Of a stretch of 64,000 nucleotides of DNA, positions 49,288 through 57,900 are shown one piece after another (position 1 is the stretch's first letter; each line of letters starts with the position of its first letter). The notes under the pieces are model-generated. The model worked only from the letters and a program-made list of their open reading frames with translations. It did not search any database and had not been told where the DNA came from. The DNA comes from Kiritimatiellia bacterium (lineage in GTDB: Bacteria; Verrucomicrobiota; Kiritimatiellia; RFP12; UBA1067). The position numbers and the translations under genes are program-made. Location of the stretch: contig JBMNFY010000008.1 of the NCBI GenBank assembly GCA_050949565.1, forward strand, positions 192,001 to 256,000. Direction: 5' to 3'.

Positions 49288-50140
49288 GTTCCTTCTTTTC
49301 CGGCAGCGACCAGCCCTCTATCACCGCTGTCGCCTTCAGGGCATCCAGATGCGCGTCTAACGTCTCCTGGTACGCCCGCTCGAACAGCACGGTCTTGAGG
49401 TCTGCCGCAATTTCATCGTGCGACACTTGACGCGGCTCCTCTTTGTGCAGCAACCTAAAGAGATGCAGCGTCTGTATGTCGAGATCAATCACATCACTGA
49501 TTGCGCCCGGCTCCAGCGCGAACAGAGCCTCCTCCACCGCTTCAGGCAACTCGCCACGCCTCACCGTGCTAAAGTCAAAATATCCGAGGTCACGCTCTAC
49601 CGTGTCTGAGTAAGCTCTCACCGCCTCAAACCACCCGATTTGGCCCTGTTCGATTTCAGACTTGATGCGCAACAACTCCAAAAACTCATTCGCTCTCGTG
49701 GCGGGGGTGACCAAACGGCAGATATGGCTGAGTTGTACGCCTTCGCCGAGCATCAAGGAACTGGCGTTCTCCGTGTAAAACGCGCGCACCTCCTCATCAC
49801 TCGGCGGCTTCACACGCTTGCGCATTTCCCGCAGTAGCCTGCGCTGCTGCAGAGCGACGCGCGCTTCTTCCGCCCGTTGCTCTTCAGGAAAAGCCGAATA
49901 GTCTGCCGACTCCAGTTCCTTGCGCACCCGCTCGTCGTTCGGCACAGGCTGAGTCTTGATCGCCTCATTCCGCAGCAGCACCCCCTCGACCAGATTCTCC
50001 ACCGCCCAATCACGAAGTTGCTCCTCACTCGGCTCGCCGCCGTGCTTCTGCACGTACTCGACATACGCCGGGCGCAGCGCATCAATCTCGGACAGAATCT
50101 TTTGCTCTGTGATCTCTACCCCGTCTACTTTTACAGCCAT
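49271..50140 (-). CDS. PpiC/parvulin-type peptidyl-prolyl isomerase (SurA/PrsA-like)
   Basis: VKVDGVEIT, EEVRAFY, LSHI, YSD...DLG, ALFALEPGAISDVI, LHLFRL. Confidence 0.85.
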   Translation of the reverse strand: MAVKVDGVEITEQKILSEIDALRPAYVEYVQKHGGEPSEEQLRDWAVENLVEGVLLRNEAIKTQPVPNDERVRKELESADYSAFPEEQRAEEARVALQQRRLLREMRKRVKPPSDEEVRAFYTENASSLMLGEGVQLSHICRLVTPATRANEFLELLRIKSEIEQGQIGWFEAVRAYSDTVERDLGYFDFSTVRRGELPEAVEEALFALEPGAISDVIDLDIQTLHLFRLLHKEEPRQVSHDEIAADLKTVLFERAYQETLDAHLDALKATAVIEGWSLPEKKEPTAAQ

Positions 50141-50457
50141 CTTACCATCCCCATTTCAACCGAACCGCTCCGCGCACACCACCGCGCGCCCAAACAAATG
50201 TGGCGAGTTTCTCACACCCTTTACTCCCGCGTCAAGCGCCGTTCGCCTCCGATTCGTCGATTCGCCGTAATCGGTTAGTGACAGGAAGTATGTGAGTTTA
50301 GTGCGTGGTTGGTGCTCATTTCGGCACTCACAAGTCAGGTGAAAAGATTTGGAGACAAGCTATAACCATCACAAGTCGAAAATTCTGAAGTTATCAACAC
50401 GGTTTCACCTTGGTTTTCGGGGGTACGAAGTCAGTGTTGGTCTTGTACACGAGTACT

Positions 50458-51598
50458 GGGGTCGTAGTTTGACATTAGACATTCGAGAGTTGCGGAGCGT
50501 TTTCTCGATGTGGTAATGTATCGCCATGGCAAGACAACTGAGGCACCACTATGCGGGGGGATGGTATCACATCACCAGCCGGGGCATGGGGCGGATGGCG
50601 ATCTTTATCGATGACCGCGACCGCGAGCACTTCGTGGAGTTGCTGTCCGAGATGGTCGAGCGTTACGGGGTCGTGCTACACGCCTACGTGCTGATGGATA
50701 ATCACTACCATCTGCTGATCGAGACACCTACCGCTAATGCGAGCCGGGCACTGCAATGGCTGAACCTGAGCCACAGCATGTGGTTCAAAACTCGGCATGG
50801 CCACGCGGGGTCTGTTTTTCAGGCGCGTTTCAAGAGCATCCCCGTCGAGGATGCTGGCTCGTGGGCGCTGACGTGCAGCGTGTACATCCACCTGAACCCC
50901 GTGCGGATCAAAGCGCTGGGGCTCGGCAAAGAGGATCGTGCGATGGAGAAGGCGGCACTCCCGCCTGAAGGGCCACCCAAAGAGCTGGTGCGCGCGCGGC
51001 TGGCCAAACTGCGGGGCTATCGGTGGAGTTCTTACCGAGCGTACGCGGGTTATGCGCCGTCTCCGGAATGGCTGACCTGCGCGACGCTCTGGGAGCGTTG
51101 TTGTCCGGCGGCCGAAGACCCAAAAATGGAATACCGCCGGCATCTGGAGGACTATCTGCGACAGGGTGTCGGGGAGGACCTGTTCGCCAGAATCAGTGCT
51201 GCAGTCGCCATCGGCGGGGCGGCTTTCGTCGAAAACCTGCGCAAGAGAGTACCGAGGCGGGCGCGCGGCGAGACGAACGCGCGCGCATGGCGCAGGATGT
51301 TGCCGTTCGACGAGGTCGTGCGCGCGGTCGAGTCGGTCAAGGGCATGGGATGGGCTGACTTTGCTGAACGCAGGGGCGACTGGGGCCGTGACTTGGCTCT
51401 GTACATCGGGAGGATGCGGTGCGGACTGACGTTGAAGGAACTCGGAGCACAGGCTGGCGGGTTGAGCGTGCCCGCAGTTGCCAAGGCAGTCGAACGGATG
51501 GCGGCGCGGCTGAAAAACGACAAAGCCTTGCATCGGTCGGCGGCACACGTATTAAAGTTACTGGAAAAACGAAATGTCTAATGTCAAACTACGACCCC
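50458..51598 (+). mobile_element. Full-length IR-bounded Y1/HUH nuclease element
   Basis: Perfect 26-bp IR ggggtcgtagtttgacattagacatt (50458-50483) / aatgtctaatgtcaaactacgacccc (51573-51598); no target-site duplication. Confidence 0.92.
50526..51581 (+). CDS. Y1/HUH transposase-like (RAYT/IS200-fold) nuclease with C-terminal HTH
   Basis: WYHITSRG, HAYVLMDNHYHLL (HUH), VFQARFKS, YIHLNPVR, YRWSSY; C-terminal RDLALY...LTLKELG HTH; stop codon lies inside the right IR. Confidence 0.93.
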   Translation: MARQLRHHYAGGWYHITSRGMGRMAIFIDDRDREHFVELLSEMVERYGVVLHAYVLMDNHYHLLIETPTANASRALQWLNLSHSMWFKTRHGHAGSVFQARFKSIPVEDAGSWALTCSVYIHLNPVRIKALGLGKEDRAMEKAALPPEGPPKELVRARLAKLRGYRWSSYRAYAGYAPSPEWLTCATLWERCCPAAEDPKMEYRRHLEDYLRQGVGEDLFARISAAVAIGGAAFVENLRKRVPRRARGETNARAWRRMLPFDEVVRAVESVKGMGWADFAERRGDWGRDLALYIGRMRCGLTLKELGAQAGGLSVPAVAKAVERMAARLKNDKALHRSAAHVLKLLEKRNV

Positions 51599-51620
51599 GC
51601 ACTGCTTCTAGGAGGAGTTC

Positions 51621-52583
51621 ATGATGCGCGGCAAAGACATATTCTTTCTGTGTGGCATTATCATTACGGTTGCGATGATCGTGCTGATTTTCCGAAACGG
51701 AACCAATGATCCGCTTGCACCGGGAATGCCTTCCTCTGAACGACGGGCGACAAACGTTGCCAAGGCACCCCAACAAGACGCTGTCCCAATTTCAGAAAAG
51801 GCCGTGTTTGTCCTCACACAGCAGACAGAGATTGCGCCTCCCAACACTGTAGAGCCGAGTGACGAATCGGTGAAATCTGAAACGATTTTAATCAAGGTGG
51901 CAGGCCGCGAATTTCCATTGCTGTTTGAAGATCCAGATATATCCGATACCCTAAAGAGTGTGATAGGCCGTGATATTACCCTGAATCTCGCTCATTTTAA
52001 GCATGTCACTCTAAGGGATGTCTCTGGCGAACGCTCGGATTCTGAACACAGATCATCACTGAAGGCGACCCATCTTTTGGATGAAGGGTGTCAGGAGCGT
52101 CTGTTCCCAGAAGTGTTCGAGAATAATTTCGGAGGTGTCATCGTGAGTAATTCGACACCCCATATTGTTGTTTGCAAAAAGTTGATTGAAGAGTACGAGC
52201 GAGCGCTAGATTACAAAACACGGCATCCTGTCATGTTTAAGCGCTTGGAAGAATTTCTTGCCCGACTGCGAAGCGCTCAGTTTCTCAAAACAATCGAGGA
52301 CAATCCCGAAAAAGCACAAAATGCTTTCTTCTTGGAAAGAGGTCCTAACGAAGGTGTTGACTACTCGCAACAACTCTCCGGACTATTGAGAAATGCCACG
52401 ATACGAGACCCCAGCATTCTTGATTTTTATCCATCAGATAACTACGGCATAAAGCAAGGAACGGTCTGTATGCCGTTACTGATATGGCCAGATGACATGA
52501 ACAGTGAACCTGTCTTGAAAGGGATTCCCTTGTTTATCTACATCGATGGAGAATGGCGCATATACGTGCCGCGTTTGCTTTGA
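51621..52583 (+). CDS. AT-richer hypothetical protein with N-terminal membrane anchor (cargo)
   Basis: RBS aggagg; hydrophobic IFFLCGIIITVAMIVLIF; fills nearly all the space between the full element and miniature element C. Confidence 0.8.
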   Translation: MMRGKDIFFLCGIIITVAMIVLIFRNGTNDPLAPGMPSSERRATNVAKAPQQDAVPISEKAVFVLTQQTEIAPPNTVEPSDESVKSETILIKVAGREFPLLFEDPDISDTLKSVIGRDITLNLAHFKHVTLRDVSGERSDSEHRSSLKATHLLDEGCQERLFPEVFENNFGGVIVSNSTPHIVVCKKLIEEYERALDYKTRHPVMFKRLEEFLARLRSAQFLKTIEDNPEKAQNAFFLERGPNEGVDYSQQLSGLLRNATIRDPSILDFYPSDNYGIKQGTVCMPLLIWPDDMNSEPVLKGIPLFIYIDGEWRIYVPRLL

Positions 52584-52621
52584 ATAGTGAGTTGTGCGGT
52601 CGTGTGTCTCCAGAGAGTAGT

Positions 52622-52875
52622 GGGGTCGTAGTTTGACATTAGACATTCGAGAGTTGCGGAGCGTTTTTGTGGTATGGTAATGCATCGTCATGGCAAGGCA
52701 ACTGAGGCACCACCGAAAGGATGGCGGCGTGTCTGGAAAAACGAAATGTCTAATGAGGGTCTTGCAAAACCCCTTGCTTGCAGGTGTGGCACGGGCATCT
52801 TGCCCGTGTCTCATGGGCGGGACGCCCATGCCACGAGGGGTTTTGCAAGAGCCTCTAATGTCAAACTACGACCCC
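52622..52875 (+). mobile_element. Miniature element C, right IR interrupted by the 101-bp MITE
   Basis: Left IR and adjacent bases identical to the full element; same internal deletion junction as A and B plus a second deletion. Confidence 0.9.
52755..52855. mobile_element. 101-bp REP-carrying MITE, copy 3, with TAAT target-site duplication
   Basis: 20-bp TIR gagggtcttgcaaaacccct / aggggttttgcaagagcctc (1 mismatch); TAAT at 52751-54 and 52856-59; removal restores the host IR. Confidence 0.92.
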
Positions 52876-53193
52876 CACTGCTTGGTCGATCGCGGCACTC
52901 TTGGCCTTCTTGCTCTTCAGTTTTGAATAGGCGCGCCGCTTCGCGCCGACGTATTCCATCGTGGCTTTCCGTGACATCTCGTTTCTCATGCGAGCCGATT
53001 CTAGCACGGTGTCCAGTATTTGACGAATGCGCTTGATTTCCGGACACCGCGATTTTGGCTACGGTGTCCATGACTATGACATACCGCGCGCAATTCCCTT
53101 CTCTCGATGATCGTTTGACAAAACCGGCACCGGTGCGTTACCCTTCTTTCTCAATTTCACTGTATTCTGTATCTGTAAAGCAAAGGACATCGT

Positions 53194-53961
53194 ATGAACA
53201 TCATTATTTGCCCGACCGCCGAAGCGGCCAGCCTGCGGGCTGCTGATATGATTACTGAAGCCGTGCGCAAACGCCCTGAGACCGTGCTCGGCCTCGCCAC
53301 CGGCAGCACGCCCACGCTCCTTTACAAGGCGCTGATCCAAGCCCACCGTGACGGACTCGACTTCAGCCGGGTGCGCACCTTCAACCTCGATGAGTACCAC
53401 GGGCTCGCCCCCGACCATCCGCAATCCTACCGCCGGTTCATGGAAGAACAACTCTTCAACCACCTGAATCTGGATCTGGCCAACACGCATGTGCCCGATG
53501 GCTTGGCAAAGGATGTTGCGGCGCACTGCGCGGCGTATGAGGCGGAGATCAAAGCAGCCGGCGGCATCGACATCCAGGTGCTCGGCATCGGCTCCAACGG
53601 CCACATCGGCTTCAACGAGCCCGCCTCTTCGCTGGTCTCGCGCACTCGGCTTGTGGCGCTTACCCAGCAGACCATCAGCGACAACGCGCGCTTTTTCGAT
53701 GCAGCCGACGAAGTGCCGCGCCACGCCATTTCGATGGGCATCGGTACGATCCTCGAAGCCAAGCGCTGCATCATGCTCTGCTTCGGCGAACACAAGGCCA
53801 AGGCCGTGCGCGCCGCGATCGAAGGCGGCGTCTCGCAGTTCACGCCGGCCTCGGCGTTGCAGATGCACCCTGACACCACGGTCTTCCTGGACGAGGCCGC
53901 AGCGGCCGATCTCGAGTTGAAAGAGTACTATCGCTGGAGCGCTGCCAACCAGCCAGCTTGA
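53194..53961 (+). CDS. nagB: Glucosamine-6-phosphate deaminase
   Basis: LGLATGSTP, TFNLDEY, HPQSY, LGIGSNGHIGFNEP, PASALQMHP. Confidence 0.97.
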   Translation: MNIIICPTAEAASLRAADMITEAVRKRPETVLGLATGSTPTLLYKALIQAHRDGLDFSRVRTFNLDEYHGLAPDHPQSYRRFMEEQLFNHLNLDLANTHVPDGLAKDVAAHCAAYEAEIKAAGGIDIQVLGIGSNGHIGFNEPASSLVSRTRLVALTQQTISDNARFFDAADEVPRHAISMGIGTILEAKRCIMLCFGEHKAKAVRAAIEGGVSQFTPASALQMHPDTTVFLDEAAAADLELKEYYRWSAANQPA

Positions 53962-53971
53962 GCTGGAGCCA

Positions 53972-54895
53972 ATGTCCGCCACCCCGACTCTTGCGCCTTG
54001 GTTCCGGCTGCTGCGTCTGCCCAACCTGCTGACCGTGCCGGGCGACCCCGTCGCCGGCGCCTTGTTGGCCGCCGCAGCCGTGTCGCGTGCACCTAGTGCT
54101 CCGGCGCTGGCTGCCGCAGCGGGTGCCTCGCTTTGCCTGTACGCCTTCGGTCTGATCCTGAACGACCTGATGGATATCGAGACCGACCGCGCCGAACGGC
54201 CGGACAGGCCGCTGCCGTCGGGCGAAATCCCGGTGTCACAGGCGCGCATGGCGGCCGTTGTCGTAGCGCTCGCCGGGCTCAATCTGGCGCTGATTGCCGG
54301 ACGTCCGGCACTGCACGCCGCAGCAGTGCTGGCCGCTCTGATCATCCTCTACAACGGCGGTGCGAAGCGCATTCCCGTAGTGGGCGCGCTGACGATGGGT
54401 CTCTGTCGCGGCATGAACTTGATGCTCGGCGCGCTGGCTCTCGGAGCGCCTGCCTCAATCGGCCAGTGGTTGCCCGTCTTGCTTGCCGCTGTCGGCCTAA
54501 CGCTCTACGTGGCCGCCTTCTCAGCGTTAGCCGCGCGTGAGATGGCGACCGAAAAACCGCAAGGTTCGCTACGCTGGCTGCCGTTCGCCGCGTTGCTCAT
54601 TGTGCTGCCCGCTGTGCTCGTGGCAAGCACCGTGCAACATCCACCACAAACGCTGCTCCCTGTGGCCTACGTGTTCCTGATGGTCATGACCCTGATGCGC
54701 GCGTGGTTGTTGGGCGGCGTCATGTACCAACTGCAACCGGTGCCCGTGACTATCGGCGGTCACATCCGCAATCTCTTGATGGTACAGGCCTGTTTTTGCT
54801 TGGCGGCTGGTTTGCGCGGGTTGCTGCCAGCGCTCTTCTTCGTCCTGCTTGCGTGCATCTTTCCGCGCCTCGCCGCCCGTTTTTACAGCAGTTGA
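53972..54895 (+). CDS. UbiA-family prenyltransferase (EboC-like)
   Basis: LLRLPNL, NDLMDIETDRAERPDRPLPSG, MGLCRGMN; many TM helices. Confidence 0.9.
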   Translation: MSATPTLAPWFRLLRLPNLLTVPGDPVAGALLAAAAVSRAPSAPALAAAAGASLCLYAFGLILNDLMDIETDRAERPDRPLPSGEIPVSQARMAAVVVALAGLNLALIAGRPALHAAAVLAALIILYNGGAKRIPVVGALTMGLCRGMNLMLGALALGAPASIGQWLPVLLAAVGLTLYVAAFSALAAREMATEKPQGSLRWLPFAALLIVLPAVLVASTVQHPPQTLLPVAYVFLMVMTLMRAWLLGGVMYQLQPVPVTIGGHIRNLLMVQACFCLAAGLRGLLPALFFVLLACIFPRLAARFYSS

Positions 54896-54904
54896 CTCAC
54901 GCCG

Positions 54905-57900
54905 TTACGGTTGCTGCACCCTCAGCCTGAAAAAGCGCACCGGCGCGGACGGACCGGGGATGATTTCGAGCCGCGTGATCGCGATCGCCGGATCTTCCGT
55001 GGCTTGCGGGTCAAGCAGACGTACCGTGAGTCCCGTGTCTTGCTGCGCGTCCAGCCAAGATGCGGCGGACGCGGTCAGATCGTCGGTGCAGACCACTAGG
55101 TATGACAGCCCCGCCTGTTCGTCCACGCGCGTGCGATACGCGTAAACCAGTGCACCTGCGACGCGGTCGAGGCGCGGCAGATACGGCGTGATCGGTTCTG
55201 TACGACCGGCTCCCAACGCATACCGCAACAGATTGGCTACGCCGTCCGCACCAACCGCCAGCGGACCGCTCACGGCAACATCCGTACGTTCAGCCAGCGT
55301 GAACCACTCGGCACACCATGCCGCGTAGCCGTGCGTAGGGCGGGATATTTTGAGCATGCGGCCCGAACCTGCCGCAACCGTTGACAGATTGAGCGCCACC
55401 GGGCACGGGGCGTAGGTCTGCCCTTCAAACACTTCGGTGCCGTACGGATCGAGTACAAAAAAGTGCCACGATGCCAACGCGATCCACCGCGTGAAATCCA
55501 CGGAAGACGCCGTCGCGAAACCACCCAGTACGTAACCGTCTTCTGGCGGCAACACGTCGAGATAGACATAAATACGATTATCGGCGTCCAGTATCTTCGA
55601 GAAAGGTGCTGCGCTGAACCGCAACTCCAGCGTGTCGTTGCCCGCGCTGTTATCCCCCGCCGTAGTGAAGCGGAACGCGAAATCCACTCCGCCACCCACA
55701 GATTGCGCTTGAAGGCGACCCGCTCCCCCTGCCCCAGGCGAGATCCAGCCGCCGCCCGTCACGCTACCCACGCAGCCAGTGCCGCACAGCCAAGCGTTAT
55801 CGCCGATTGCGATATCCGCGCCGCGCATCGCCGTGTCCACCTGCAAGCCGCCCCCCGCAACCGTGACCACGCCTTCATAATCCGCCGCATCACGCGCGAC
55901 CACGAGCCGTCCACCGCCCTGCTTCATCAACGGCGACACCCCCCAGAGCCCGCCATCCAACACGAGTGTATTGCACAGCAGACGGTCGCCGGAAACATCC
56001 TCCACAGCGATACATGCATCACCCGCCGTCAGCACGACCGGCACCGGCACAGCGGCCCAGTTCGCGACACCGCCCGGCGCATAACGCAGGCCGCCCGTTC
56101 CGGCCGCGCCCGCCGCTCCGGCACTTGCCAGCGTCACCGCGCCGCCGAACGCATACGTGCGCGGCGGTCCGCTCAGCGGATCGCCCGATGTCAAACAAAG
56201 CTGGCCGCCGGACTCAATCGTGACACCGGCTGCGGCGGACGGCGCGGCCGGTTGCGTCATACTCAACACGCCCTCTCGAATGACCGTGCTCCCGCTATAC
56301 GTCTTGCCGCCACCGGTCATCGTGCAGCGTCCCGGCCCCTCTTTGATCAAGCCGCCCGAACCGCTCCACCCCGCCTGTACGCGCAAGCCGCCGTATTCCG
56401 CATCACCCACCGTGTTGCTCACCACCACTCGCAGGTCGGTGGCCAGCACCACACCGCGCGTCACCTCCACCGCCGTGAACCCCACGTCATCGCCAACCAC
56501 CGTCAACGAGGCCGCCTCCGCCCCGCCATCGAACGTTAACGTAGCTCCCGCCGGCGCATCCTTCTTGTTGCGGATACGGTTACTGAACGTCCCGTTGTCG
56601 ACCGTCACATGGCCGACCGTCACCGGCTGCGTGGCGATGCGCACATTGCGGCGCGGCAATCCGTCCTCGTCCGGCACGGTCGGCGGCGGGATGACCACGC
56701 GCGCGCCCGGCCAATTCGGGAAGAGCCCGCTGTCCCAGCAAGCATCCTTATCCCAGTTCTCTTCACCGGCGGGCAGAAAGACCGCAGGCGCTTGCGCATT
56801 GGGATCAGGCTCGAAACGGGCAGTGAACGTCTGTTGCGCGGACACCGGCAACACGGAGAGGCAAGCGTTGGTGCTACCGGGCTCGATCCAGCCGGCGAAC
56901 CGATAGCCCGGACGCGGCAGCGCGCGCAGAGTCACCGGCACTTCGCGGAAATACCAGCCGCGCCACGGATAGGGCGTCGCAGGATCGGGAATGCCCAGCG
57001 TGTCGCCATCCACGAGGATGTCGTTGACCTGCACACGTCCGTGCGCCGGATCGGACGTTGCCACGCATACCTCGGCCGTACTCAAGTTGAAGCGCGTACA
57101 CATGTGCCGCCACTCCCACGCATGACGGTCACGCGCGTACGCCCAAATACTGGCCACCTGATTGGACCACGTCGCTGTGCTAAAAATCGCGCCGGGCCAG
57201 CGCGCGATGTGCCGCGGCATCTCAGGCGCCACGGCATCGCGGAACTGTTCGGTCAGCGCGCGCGTGCGACGCGGCTGATAGGCAGTATTGAGTTGATCGG
57301 CGTAGCGCGTCAACATCCGCGTGCGGAAATCCGCGTTTTCCAGCAGCCTTCGGAACAGCCGCGTGGCAGCCTCGCAGACGCGGCCGCTGCCGGTTGTCGA
57401 CGTGGCCCAGGCCCACATGTCGGTGTCGGGCGGATCGGGGTCCCAACCCGCGAATGCGAAATCGACGTCAAACATCAACCAGCGCCAGCGCGCGTCGTGG
57501 GCGTACGGTGCGTCGGGCGCAGTGTTCGCGGTGCGCGTGCGCCAGAACTTGATGTTGTTGCCGGGCCAATCCTTGTTTACCACAAACATGTTGGCCAGCA
57601 TGTAATCCATGAAGTTCGCCACATCCACCTGACTGGTCACGGTGGCGTACGCGGCGGCATTGACGAGCGAGTTGGTCGAGAGCCATGTCAACAGCGCGTT
57701 GAAATCGGACGCCGAGCCTTCATCCGCCACCGTCACGGAAGAGCCGTACGGAAAACCGATGATGTCCACCTGCTCAGGATCAGCACCGTACACGCGTTCC
57801 AGATAACGCGCATCGTAGCGCTCGCGCAGATTGTGGACGCCCCAGTATTCGCCGTTCAGGAACACGACCGACGGCCGGTATGCCTGCGTGTCATGCCGCA

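Noticed and set aside
28695-52926. Short MARQLRH ORFs (28695, within 32187, 52690)
   Set aside because: Remnants of the deleted nuclease gene inside the miniature elements, out of frame after the junction.
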